This document shows positions 32,300 to 42,328 of a stretch of 64,000 nucleotides of DNA, piece after piece. Below the pieces are notes generated by a model. It did no database searches, had not been told where the DNA came from, and worked only from the letters and a program-made list of their open reading frames with translations. Origin of the DNA: an uncultured candidate division Zixibacteria bacterium. Its GTDB lineage: Bacteria; Zixibacteria; MSB-5A5; GN15; FEB-12. The stretch is from positions 192,001-256,000 of the forward strand of contig CAVTJJ010000004.1 of assembly GCA_963735035.1 (NCBI GenBank), written 5' to 3'. Each line of letters opens with the position of its first letter. The stretch's first letter is position 1. The position numbers and the translations under genes were made by a program.

Positions 32300-33079
32300 C
32301 TATTGAGGTAGAGTCTCAGGAACAGTCTTCGCCCCAACGCGCTGGCGCGGGCGTTCAGTGAGCGCCCGGTGAAGTGTATACATCAGTTCCAGATTATGAA
32401 AAGGCTTGGTGAAGTAGCCGTCGGCCCCCATCGCGAGAACCTCGGTGGGACCGAACCTGCCACAATGGCCGGTTATCATTATGACCGGAATGAGGGGGTA
32501 GTGCTGCTTTATTTCCACCAGGAGATCAAGGCCGGTGAACCGGGGGAGCTTGATGTCGGTAATGACGGCATCAATCGCTTGCCGTTTCAGTACGAAGTTG
32601 GCCTCTTCGGCGCTTTCTACAATGATGGGTCGGTATCTTTCGAGCAGGAGAAACTCCGCCAGGTGCAGTCGGGCATGCTCGTCGTCATCGACCACGAGAA
32701 TGGTTGGGCGACCGGTTTCAATTGACTTCGTGACTTTGGCCTCAAGTGTTTCCTTGTCGGTAGGAAGCAGGAGAACATCGGAGACTTTCAGCCGGGTGTA
32801 CCGGGCGATCATTTCACCGCTGAATTCCTTACCGCCGACTATAACCGGGACGCGGCTAAGGCGCGGGTCGCGCCGGAGCATCGTAAGGAATTTGATGCCG
32901 GTCTCGGCATCAAAACTGGCGTCGAGAATCACGACCTCGATTTCCGGGTTGTGTTCGAGTTCCTTGCGACCCTTCATCCAGGAATTATGGTGAATTGTCT
33001 CGAGTCCGAACTGTCTGAGCCAGCCTATTGTCTTTCGCCAGTCTTCCTCTTGAGCCGCAATAATCAGGGCGATGTTCAT
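32300..33079 (-). CDS. Tandem receiver-domain protein, paralog of 31272-32051
   Basis: Same length and architecture; ILVVDDDE, ITDIKLP, GADGYFTKPFHNLEL. Confidence 0.87.
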   Translation of the reverse strand: MNIALIIAAQEEDWRKTIGWLRQFGLETIHHNSWMKGRKELEHNPEIEVVILDASFDAETGIKFLTMLRRDPRLSRVPVIVGGKEFSGEMIARYTRLKVSDVLLLPTDKETLEAKVTKSIETGRPTILVVDDDEHARLHLAEFLLLERYRPIIVESAEEANFVLKRQAIDAVITDIKLPRFTGLDLLVEIKQHYPLIPVIMITGHCGRFGPTEVLAMGADGYFTKPFHNLELMYTLHRALTERPRQRVGAKTVPETLPQ

Positions 33080-33138
33080 GGCAATTCTCCCCCAAAACCG
33101 AAGAACGGTTCTCCAATTATATAAAGTCTATAATCGGG

Positions 33139-33166
33139 ATATCGGCGTTGATACAGGCTCCCTTTA
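33139..33166 (-). promoter_or_regulatory. Putative sigma28 (FliA/WhiG-type) promoter
   Basis: TAAA-N16-GCCGATAT upstream of the gene starting at 33079. Confidence 0.55.
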
Positions 33167-33316
33167 GCACCCGATCTTCCGAATCAGCTTCTTGTCATGT
33201 CGAAGTATGTCCGGTCAAGCGACTCTGAGTCAAGAGGCCGAGAACTGTTCACGTCGTGCTCATTTCTTTCCGGAAACTGATTGCGCCCGGCTCGGCCAGG
33301 CGTATATTCCCCCGCT

Positions 33317-35499
33317 GTGACAAACCGACTACTCGATGATCTCAACGACTGCCAGCGCGAGGCGGTCACCACCACCGACGGCCCCCTGCTCGTTATCGCC
33401 GGGGCAGGCTCGGGAAAGACCCGTGTACTTACGCGCCGTCTCGCCTATATCCTCACCCAACGTCTGGCCGAACCTCATCAGATACTCGCCGTGACCTTTA
33501 CCAATAAGGCGGCGGGTGAAATGAAGGAACGCGTCGCCCAGCTCATGGGGGCGGGTATGGACCAGATGAACGTCTCGACGTTCCATTCGTTCTGCGTCCG
33601 CATCCTTCGTCGTGAGGCCGAACGAATCGGCTACAAGAGCAGCTTCACGATTTTCGATCAGGCAGACTCGCTGTCGCTACTCAAGAAGTGCCTCAAGGAA
33701 CTCGGCTTTTCGGAGACACAGTTCCCGGTCGAAGGGACAACTGCGGAAGATTTCCGACGCCAAGAACAAACTCACCAGCGCCGAGGAATACCTTCGCTCG
33801 GCGTCGGGATATTTCCAGACGCGAACGGCCGAGTTGTATTCGCTCTATCAGAGCCGTCTGCGTCAGTGCGAGGCGATGGATTTCGACGATCTCCTGTTCA
33901 ACGCGGTCTATCTCCTCCAAAGTGATCCGACCCTGGCCCGCCGCTATCAGGATCGATTCTTATATCTCATGGTGGACGAGTACCAGGATACGAATCATAT
34001 CCAGTACCTGCTGCTCAAGTATCTGCTGGCTGAGCATCAGAATATGTGTGTGGTCGGCGATGAGGATCAGTCGATCTACGGCTGGCGCGGCGCCGATATC
34101 CGCAACATTCTCGAATTCGAGCAGGATTTTCCCGGTGCGAAGATCATCAAACTGGAACAGAACTATCGCTCCACGCAGGTGATTCTCGATGCCGCATCGT
34201 CGGTCATCAAGAACAACGCCATGCGCAAGGGGAAGACGCTCTGGACATCCGACCAGGGGGGCGACAAGATAGAGTTGCTTCGGGTGGACAAAGCCGAAGA
34301 CGAAGCCGTGGCCGTGGTCGATCGTGTCCTTAACGGTCGCAAAGGGATCGACCTGAAAGATATGGTCGTGCTCTATCGGACCAACGCGCAATCGCGTCCG
34401 TTCGAAGAAGAACTCCGGCGGCGCAACGTGCCGTATCAGATCGTCGGCGGCATCTCGTTCTATCAGCGCAAGGAAATCAAGGACCTGGTCGCGTATCTGA
34501 AATTGATCGCGAATCCGTCCGATGATGTCGCCTTCGAGCGCATCATCAATTATCCCCGGCGTGGTATCGGCGACAAGTCGATCGAGCAAGTCGCGCAACT
34601 CGCCCGCACACGGGGCGTCAGTTCATACACCGCCGCGCGCGAGTATGCGACCGACCCGGAGTTGTCGTCGAAAGCGAACAAGCTGGGGCCGTTTGTTGAT
34701 TTGATCGAGAAATTCCGTGCCCGCAAAGACACTGACCCGATTGACGTGCTCACCCAGGACCTCGTGACCGATTTGAAACTGTTCGACGCTCTGTTGGCCG
34801 AGGATGAAGTGCTCGGGCAGGGCAAAGTGGAAAACGTCGAGGCGTTTCTCGAAGGCGCCGCCGGGTATGCCCGCTCCAACGGCGAGGCGCATCTGGATAA
34901 TTATCTCGCCGAGATTTCGCTCTATACCGATATCGACGCCTACAAAGAGATCGAAGACAAGCTCACGATGATGACGATTCACTCCGCCAAGGGGCTGGAG
35001 TATAGCAGCGTGTTCATGGTCGGACTGGAAGAAGGCCTGTTCCCGCTTCAGCGGACGGTCGCCGAGCCGGGGGAACTCGAAGAAGAACGACGGCTTTTCT
35101 ATGTCGGCGCGACCCGGGCGCGACGCCGGCTATATCTGTCGACCGCGATGAGCCGGTTTCGGTTTGGGGAAGTCATGTCGATCCCGTCGCGGTTCATTCA
35201 GGAGATACCCGAAGAGTTGGTCGAAGTGTATGACCTTCGTGCGTACCGCCCGAGCGCGGTGGTCAACGGCGCGGCCGCACGGCGGAACTGCATCAGCAGC
35301 GAATCCGGTCTGGTCTATGAGTATGAAGGCGACGAGATCATGCGGGAGGGGCGACTGGTGGAGCATCCGACTTTCGGTCGAGGGAAGATTCTTGAAGTCT
35401 GAAGGATTTGGCGATTCATTGCGACTGGAGATCATGTTCACCGGCCTGGGGATAAAGAAGATCATGGCGAAATACGCCCGACTGAAAGTGGTGGGGTAG
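33317..35499 (+). CDS. pcrA: UvrD/PcrA DNA helicase, two frameshifts (~33735, ~35395)
   Basis: AGAGSGKT, TFTNKAA, VDEYQDTN, VGDEDQSIYGWRGA, LEQNYRST, TIHSAKGLE, EERRLFYV, C-terminal HPTFGRG. Confidence 0.95.
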
Positions 35500-35512
35500 A
35501 GCCGGAAAATCA

Positions 35513-35625
35513 CGTGCCCGGCAGATGCCCACATCTGCCGGTTTGGGTGGCCCACCCTATGGGTGGGAGAGACAATCCCCGTGCCTGTCATCGCGAGGCC
35601 GCCCCTGGCGGCCGTGGCGATCTCA
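35513..35625. repeat. REP cluster
   Basis: CGTGCCCGGCAGATGCCCACATCTGCCG, GGTGGCCCACCCTATGGGTGGG, TGTCATCGCGAG...GTGGCGATCTC. Confidence 0.8.
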
Positions 35626-35773
35626 AACTGAAGTGGAATGTCGCAATTACTCGAGCGGGGGGTTCGACCTACGGAGACTTAAGGGAGAGCTTGCGGTGTG
35701 CACACTCTGGATTGTGATTGACAACAACACAGTCATTATCGTTACTTCTGATATCGCAATGCAGGGATTGTAA

Positions 35774-36478
35774 ATGCTTCTCATAGTCCAGATCATCCTA
35801 AATTTGTTAGCTACCTTCGTAGCGCTTGTGGCATACTATTTACTGTGGAAGAAGGACGAGAAGAAGCTACATGACTATAGATACTTGCTCTTGGTAGCTG
35901 CAATGATGAGTGTAGGTGGCGTCTGGGGTGGCTTCATTATTCAAGAAGTGAAGTCCGGAGAGGTGAAGGCACAAAACGCGCGTCTAACCACCGACATCAC
36001 TTTCCTGAAGGGACAAAGTGACCGATTGCAGGATAAGAACGACACGCTCATAGGAAAACAAAACAAGCTGATTGAGGACAACAAGAAGATCCTTGGCAAA
36101 TTGAATGCCTACGAGAGTCTCTTGGCTTCGAAGTGGCAAGCTCCAAAGTCGGAGACTGCGATGGAAGAATTCCGGGAAAGGCGCGCGACCTTCAGGGATT
36201 CAAGCACAGGTTTAGTGCATTCTAGATTCTGGTTTGGGGCGCGGAAGGCAATGCCTCTGAAGAACATCTCGATTCAGATGCTCTTTGACAAACCGATAGT
36301 GAGCATTTCACCCAAAATTGTCGGTGCAGTTGTGCTTGAGCAGGGGACATCTATCGCTTATCCCGACTCAACCAGATTCCTATACAAGACGGGATATCTC
36401 AGTGAGTCAAACGACATATGCATCGATGTAGCCAGCAAAGATGCAGTAATGGTGCTCGACCTACAACTTGTCCCATAA
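35774..36478 (+). CDS. Hypothetical membrane-anchored protein (2 TM, coiled coil, beta-rich C-domain)
   Basis: 234-aa ORF, AT-rich relative to flanks. Confidence 0.7.
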   Translation: MLLIVQIILNLLATFVALVAYYLLWKKDEKKLHDYRYLLLVAAMMSVGGVWGGFIIQEVKSGEVKAQNARLTTDITFLKGQSDRLQDKNDTLIGKQNKLIEDNKKILGKLNAYESLLASKWQAPKSETAMEEFRERRATFRDSSTGLVHSRFWFGARKAMPLKNISIQMLFDKPIVSISPKIVGAVVLEQGTSIAYPDSTRFLYKTGYLSESNDICIDVASKDAVMVLDLQLVP

Positions 36479-36516
36479 GTGTAGTTGAGGTGCCGTCGGT
36501 TGTGTATCCTTCGCCA

Positions 36517-36542
36517 GCAGATGTGGGCATCTGCCGGGCACG
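36517..36542 (-). repeat. Inverted copy of the 35513-35538 repeat
   Basis: 26/26 reverse-complement identity. Confidence 0.85.
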
Positions 36543-36673
36543 CTCTGGGGTGGGCCGCCCACACGCGGCAGGGGTGGAACCCTGCCGATCACGTTCGTAG
36601 AACCACCCTGCATTCTTGTTGATCTCGCGGTTTCAACACCCGAACTTCCACACAGCGACAGGACGACGAAACC

Positions 36674-37567
36674 ATGGACAAAATCCTTCACTACGACATA
36701 GCAGAAAAACTGGGCGAAGGCCCCAACGGCCCCGCCTGGCTCGGTATCGATACCGGCTTCCAACGCGCGGTCGTAATTAAGCACCTCAACCGACGCTTCG
36801 TCACACAGGACGCCTGGCGTGCCTCATTCCTCGAACTCATGGAACGGTTCAATCGACTCGAGGATTTTCGCATCGCCCATTTCTATTCGCTCGAAAACGC
36901 CGAACATCAGCATTTCGTCGTGCGGGAATTCATCGACGGCAAAACAATCGCCGCGACAGTCAAAGACAAACCGGTCGAGTATCATCGCTGGGTTGAACTC
37001 GCGCTCGAATTGGCATCGGTTGTTAAGTTTGTTCACGACGCCGGTGTGATCCACGGCAACCTGACCGCCACCAATGTTCTGCTCGATCCCCGCGAGCGGG
37101 TGCGCTTGCTCGACGCTGGTCTCGCGGCGCCGCCCGATGAACAGGTCTCCTCAGATCAAATGGCTTTCATCGCGCCGGAACTCCGCGCCGGAGGCACCCC
37201 GACAGTCGAGACCGATCTGTACGCGGTCGGAGCGATTCTCTATCTGCTAATCACGGGGCAACTGCCGTCGGTTGCTGCTGATACGGGCTCATCGCCCGTA
37301 TCATTCGACCACTTATCTGAGCGACAGGTGCCGGGAATCGCGCGTCTGGTACTCGAACGGCTGCTGGCCGCCACCCCGAGTGATAGGTTCGGTTCGGCCG
37401 ACGAGTTGATTGTCACGCTACAGACGATGCTTTCACTTGGGACTGATCCGGGGGTGGAGTTCGCCCCGAAGAAGCGCCGCTTGAGTTCACGCCAGTACAT
37501 GGGCATTTCCGTGCTGGTGCTGCTCTTGATAATTCTCTGGTTGGTGATCACCTCGAATCCAAGGTAG
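36674..37567 (+). CDS. Hanks-type Ser/Thr kinase-like protein with C-terminal TM helix; degenerate catalytic motifs
   Basis: LGEGPNG, VVIK, IHGNL..TNVLL, LLDAGL, FIAPE, DLYAVG. Confidence 0.85.
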   Translation: MDKILHYDIAEKLGEGPNGPAWLGIDTGFQRAVVIKHLNRRFVTQDAWRASFLELMERFNRLEDFRIAHFYSLENAEHQHFVVREFIDGKTIAATVKDKPVEYHRWVELALELASVVKFVHDAGVIHGNLTATNVLLDPRERVRLLDAGLAAPPDEQVSSDQMAFIAPELRAGGTPTVETDLYAVGAILYLLITGQLPSVAADTGSSPVSFDHLSERQVPGIARLVLERLLAATPSDRFGSADELIVTLQTMLSLGTDPGVEFAPKKRRLSSRQYMGISVLVLLLIILWLVITSNPR

Positions 37568-37574
37568 GGGGAAA

Positions 37575-37720
37575 GTCATACCCGCGGAGGCGGGTACCCA
37601 GACAAGACCGCTATTCACCAGACTCGGTGCAGCGCGTGCGCTCGAATGGGGACTCATTCTGAAAATTGGCTATGGTGGCCTTACACCTTGACTGGGTTCC
37701 TGCCTTCGCAGGAATGACAA
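37575..37720. repeat. Inverted REP doublet (GTCATxCCCGCG type)
   Basis: GTCATACCCGCGGAGGCGGGTACCCAG ... CTGGGTTCCTGCCTTCGCAGGAATGAC. Confidence 0.75.
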
Positions 37721-37934
37721 GCCTTTGGCTCGTTCCGCTCATTGGGGCCGAGACGCCCGACACCACGTCCCGTCGGTGCCACGCCCGGCCGCCCCCCTGC
37801 CAACCGTCGCGCCAATAACGGCTTACAAAAACCCAAAAAGTCCTTTGTGACCGCCCTTTCCCGACGTTATACTAAGAGGTTTGGCTCGGTTACCCGTCGT
37901 GAGCGGGCGACCGGCCATTGTGGGTTGAACAAGC

Positions 37935-40334
37935 ATGAAAGTAAATTACAACTCTGAAGAAATCGACATTCGCCCCCGGCTGGCCGTAATCCCTCTCCGT
38001 GACGTGGTCGTGTTTCCACACATGATCTACCCGCTCCTGGTGGGACGCAGTTTCACGGTCAAGGCGTTGCAGGAGGCGATGGTGCAGGACAAACAGGTCC
38101 TGTTGGTCGCCCAGAAATCGGCCGCCACCGACACGCCCAAGCAGGAAGACCTGTACTCGGTCGGCGTCGTGGCCCGCATCCTGCAAGTAATGAAGATGCC
38201 CAACGGCACTCTCAAGGTGCTGGTCGAAGGAATGCTCCGCGCCAAGGTGCGGTCGCTCACTTCCGAGGGTGAGTTCATCACCGGACAGATGGAAGTACTT
38301 CGTCGTCACGACGAGAAATACGACCGCGAGACCGAGGCGCTTTCGCGCGCTGTCTCCGAGCAGTTCACCGAATATGTCCGCCTCAATCGCCGCATCCCCG
38401 ACGAAGTCCTCGTGGCGGTGGCGTCGATCGATAACTACGACCTTCAGGCCGACACGATCTCGGCCCATATGCTGCACAAGATCGAGACGAAGCAGCGGCT
38501 GCTCGAAACCGAATCGGTCAAAGAGCAGTTTCTGATTCTCTCCGAAGTTCTTCGCGAAGAACTCGAGATTCTCAAGATCGAACACAAGATCGACGGCTCG
38601 ATACGCGAGTCGATGTCACGCAACCAGCGCGAAGTCTACCTGCAGCAGCAGTTGAAAGCGATCAAGGACGAACTCGGTCAGTCGGAAGACGCCGGCGCCG
38701 ATGTCGACGATCTCTACGGCAAGCTCGATTCGGGCGAGTATCCCGAACATGTTCTGGCCAAGGCGGAAGAAGAGATCCGCAAGCTTTCCAAGATGCACCC
38801 CTACTCGGCCGAAGCCGGGGTCGTGCGCTCGTATGTCGAATGGTTGTTCGCGCTGCCGTGGAGCGTGCGTACCACCGACCGCACCGATTTCAACGAAGTT
38901 AAGACAATTCTCGACGGCGACCATTACGGGCTCGAAAAACCGAAACAACGTATTCTCGAACATCTGGCCGTGATCCGGCTGGCGTCGAAAGTCAAAGGCC
39001 CGATTCTCTGTCTGGTCGGTCCCCCCGGAGTAGGGAAGACCTCGGTCGGTCGCTCAATCGCCCGCGCCATGTCGCGCAAGTTCGTGCGGATGTCGCTCGG
39101 TGGCATTCATGACGAAGCGGAAATCCGCGGCCATCGACGGACTTATATCGGCGCGCTCCCCGGACGAATCATTCAGTCGCTGAAGAAGGCCGATTCGACC
39201 AATCCGGTGTTCCTGCTCGACGAAGTCGACAAGATCGGCAAAGATTTTCGCGGTGATCCGGCGGCGGCGCTTCTGGAAGTGCTCGATCCAGAACAGAACA
39301 ACACTTTTTGGGATAACTATCTGGAAGTCGAATACGACTTGTCCGACGTGTTGTTCGTCACCACCGCCAACTCGATCACCGGCATTCCCGAACCGTTACG
39401 CGACCGGATGGAAATCATCCGGCTCCCCGGGTATCTCGATTTCGAGAAAGCGGCCATCGCCCGAGATTATCTGCTGCCCAAGTTGATCAAAGAAACCGGT
39501 CTGGACAAGATTCAGATCACGACCGAAGACGAGGCGATCTACGAAACGATCCGTTATTACACGCGTGAGGCCGGTGTGCGCGAACTAGATCGTCAGCTCG
39601 GTTCGCTCTTGCGCAAGGTCGCACTGGGTATGGCTGAAGGAAAGCGGATGCGCAAGCTGGTGATAAATACAGCCCGCGTTCACAAAGCGCTCGGCCAGCG
39701 GAAATATATCGATACGAATCTGAAGACCCATCCTACGGTCGGCTATGCGGTCGCACTGGCCTGGACCGAGGCGGGCGGCGAGGTCATGCCGGTCGAAGTT
39801 GTCCCGATGCAGGGGAAGGCCAAGCTGACGCTCACCGGTTCGCTGGGCGAAGTGATGCAGGAATCGGCGACCGCGGCGCTGTCATACATCCGCAATCGGG
39901 CCACCCAGTTTGGGCTCGATGCCGGGTTCTTCGAGAAAATAGAGCTGCATATTCATATCCCCGAAGGAGCCGTTCCGAAAGATGGTCCTTCGGCCGGTGT
40001 TCCGCTCACGGTCGCGATACTCTCGGCGCTTACCGGAATACCGGCGCGTGTCGATCTCGCTATGACCGGCGAAATCACGCTTAGCGGAGACATTCTGCCT
40101 ATAGGCGGGCTCAACGAAAAATTACTGGCGGCGAAACGCCACGGTATCAACCGGGTATTGCTGCCGACGCGCAATCGCAAGGATATCGCCGAGTTGCCGC
40201 AGGAACTCCTGGCGGGACTCGATCTGCACTATGTGCATACGATTGACGAAGTGCTGAAAGAAGCACTGACTAAAATGCCGGTCGCAGGGCCGCGGGCGAC
40301 TCTTAGTCGCCGACCCTCGGCCAGAGTTAGCTAA
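37935..40334 (+). CDS. lon: Lon protease
   Basis: PLRDVVVFP, GPPGVGKTS, HRRTYIGALPG, PKDGPSAG, IGGLNEK. Confidence 0.98.
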   Translation: MKVNYNSEEIDIRPRLAVIPLRDVVVFPHMIYPLLVGRSFTVKALQEAMVQDKQVLLVAQKSAATDTPKQEDLYSVGVVARILQVMKMPNGTLKVLVEGMLRAKVRSLTSEGEFITGQMEVLRRHDEKYDRETEALSRAVSEQFTEYVRLNRRIPDEVLVAVASIDNYDLQADTISAHMLHKIETKQRLLETESVKEQFLILSEVLREELEILKIEHKIDGSIRESMSRNQREVYLQQQLKAIKDELGQSEDAGADVDDLYGKLDSGEYPEHVLAKAEEEIRKLSKMHPYSAEAGVVRSYVEWLFALPWSVRTTDRTDFNEVKTILDGDHYGLEKPKQRILEHLAVIRLASKVKGPILCLVGPPGVGKTSVGRSIARAMSRKFVRMSLGGIHDEAEIRGHRRTYIGALPGRIIQSLKKADSTNPVFLLDEVDKIGKDFRGDPAAALLEVLDPEQNNTFWDNYLEVEYDLSDVLFVTTANSITGIPEPLRDRMEIIRLPGYLDFEKAAIARDYLLPKLIKETGLDKIQITTEDEAIYETIRYYTREAGVRELDRQLGSLLRKVALGMAEGKRMRKLVINTARVHKALGQRKYIDTNLKTHPTVGYAVALAWTEAGGEVMPVEVVPMQGKAKLTLTGSLGEVMQESATAALSYIRNRATQFGLDAGFFEKIELHIHIPEGAVPKDGPSAGVPLTVAILSALTGIPARVDLAMTGEITLSGDILPIGGLNEKLLAAKRHGINRVLLPTRNRKDIAELPQELLAGLDLHYVHTIDEVLKEALTKMPVAGPRATLSRRPSARVS

Positions 40335-40394
40335 GCCGGTGAGGAGAGACGGGCACGCCGTCTCCAACTCACAGCATTGTCGGAGAATTGAGTC

Positions 40395-41009
40395 ATCGTT
40401 TCCAAGAAGACGGAAGCCACGTTTGTCGGTTCATTCTTTGCGTTGGATCAACTCCCCCGTGACAGACTCCCGCAGGTTGCCGTGGCGGGACGATCAAACG
40501 TCGGGAAATCTTCGCTCTTGAACCAAATTGTCGGCCAGAGGAAACTGGCCAAGGTGTCGTCTACACCGGGACGGACACGATCTCTCAATTACTTCAAGAT
40601 CGACGATCGGTTCTATCTGGTCGATTTGCCCGGCTACGGTTACGCCAAGGTTAGCAAGGTCCTTCGCGAACAATGGGGCCAGTTGATCGAAGATTATCTG
40701 ACGCAGTGCGAAGATTTGATAGGCATGGTCCTGCTGCTCGATGTCCGTCGCGACCCCACGGCCCAGGACATGGAATTGATCGCCTGGCTTAGCGAGCGAC
40801 AACTGCCCGTGCTGATTGCGGTGACCAAGGCGGACAAATTGACCCGCGACGCTCAGCGAAAGAAAGTGCAGCAGACGGAAGACGAGCTCGGCGCGTCGGC
40901 GCTGGCTTTCTCCGCCGTCACCGGGGCCGGGAAGAACGAATTAATGGCGGCGGTCCGCCAGTTGGTAAACGATCATAACCTGCAGAAGAAGGTCAGGTCT
41001 GATGAATAA
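40395..41009 (+). CDS. engB: Ribosome biogenesis GTPase EngB (YihA/YsxC); start codon uncertain
   Basis: AGRSNVGKSS, SSTPGRT, DLPGYG, TKADK; follows lon. Confidence 0.95.
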   Translation: MVSKKTEATFVGSFFALDQLPRDRLPQVAVAGRSNVGKSSLLNQIVGQRKLAKVSSTPGRTRSLNYFKIDDRFYLVDLPGYGYAKVSKVLREQWGQLIEDYLTQCEDLIGMVLLLDVRRDPTAQDMELIAWLSERQLPVLIAVTKADKLTRDAQRKKVQQTEDELGASALAFSAVTGAGKNELMAAVRQLVNDHNLQKKVRSDE

Positions 41010-42276
41010 GAACAGAGCCGTTCTGGGTTGCCAGTGGGGCGACGAAGGCAAAGGCAAGATTGTCGATTTGCTGGCCGCCGATGCCGATATCATCGCCCGC
41101 TTCCAGGGTGGCGCCAACGCCGGACACACTATCGTGGTGAGCGGCTGTAAATATGTCCTGCATCTCATTCCCTCCGGAATCATTCAACCGGGCAAACGCT
41201 GCTATATCGGCAACGGGGTGGTGCTCGATCCGTTTAGTTTCGAAGAAGAATTGCGTTTCATCGAAGGTCAGGGAATCGATCCGACCGGGCGTCTGTTTGT
41301 CTCGGCAGCCGCCAACCTGGTGCTGCCGTATCATAAGCTGATTGACGCGGTCGAAGAACGTACCCGCGGCACCGGTTCAATCGGAACTACTCAGCGCGGT
41401 ATCGGGCCGGCCTATGTCGACAAAGTCGCCCGCCAGGGTATCCGGGTGGTCGATCTGTTCGCCCCGGAACGACTGCGCAAGCGTCTCGACTACCAGCGTA
41501 TCATCAAGGCGCGGTACCTTGAAGGATCCGACGACGAGCGCGCCGATCTGGATCGCACCTATGAGCGGTTGCTCGAATTCGCGAATCTGATCAAGCCGAT
41601 GGTCACCGACGTATCCCTGGCATTGGCCAAGGCCCACAAGGAAGGGAAGACTATTCTCTTCGAAGGCGCCCAGGGCTCGATGCTCGATGTCGACCTCGGG
41701 ACCTATCCGTTCGCGACATCCTCCAACACGACCGTTGGCGGCGTCCTGACCGGACTTGGAGTAGGGCCGAAAATGATCGACGAAGTGGTAGGCGTGGTCA
41801 AGGCGTACACCACCCGGGTGGGGGCAGGTCCGTTCCCGACCGAGCTGGTCGATGCCACGGGCGAGAAGCTTAGAACCCTCGGCGACGAATACGGTGCCAC
41901 CACCGGTCGGCCACGGCGTTGTGGCTGGCTCGACCTGGTGGCGCTGCGCCATGCCACTCGGATCAATGGGGTCGATTCGATTGCAGTGACCAAGTTGGAC
42001 GTCCTTGACGAAATGGACGAAATCAAGGTCTGTACGCATTATGAGTGGGGCACCGAGACAATTGACCAGGTTCCCCTGGATCTTGCCGAGCTGGCGCATG
42101 TAAAACCGGTGTATAAGACACTGCCGGGCTGGAAGGCCGATACGACCGGAATGACCTTACTCGAACAACTCCCGCTGAACGCCCGCAAGTATTTGAATTT
42201 TGTTGCCGAAGACCTCGGCGTGAGCATTTGTGTGGTTTCGACCGGAGCCGGTCGTGAGCAGACCATACTGGTATGA
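41002..42276 (+). CDS. purA: Adenylosuccinate synthetase
   Basis: QWGDEGKGK, GGANAGHT, EGAQG, EYGATTGRPRRCGW, TKLDVL. Confidence 0.98.
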   Translation: MNKNRAVLGCQWGDEGKGKIVDLLAADADIIARFQGGANAGHTIVVSGCKYVLHLIPSGIIQPGKRCYIGNGVVLDPFSFEEELRFIEGQGIDPTGRLFVSAAANLVLPYHKLIDAVEERTRGTGSIGTTQRGIGPAYVDKVARQGIRVVDLFAPERLRKRLDYQRIIKARYLEGSDDERADLDRTYERLLEFANLIKPMVTDVSLALAKAHKEGKTILFEGAQGSMLDVDLGTYPFATSSNTTVGGVLTGLGVGPKMIDEVVGVVKAYTTRVGAGPFPTELVDATGEKLRTLGDEYGATTGRPRRCGWLDLVALRHATRINGVDSIAVTKLDVLDEMDEIKVCTHYEWGTETIDQVPLDLAELAHVKPVYKTLPGWKADTTGMTLLEQLPLNARKYLNFVAEDLGVSICVVSTGAGREQTILV

Positions 42277-42328
42277 AGAACGAAGAATGACAAAGCTGTT
42301 TTAGAACGACGTTATAGGAGAACTCACC

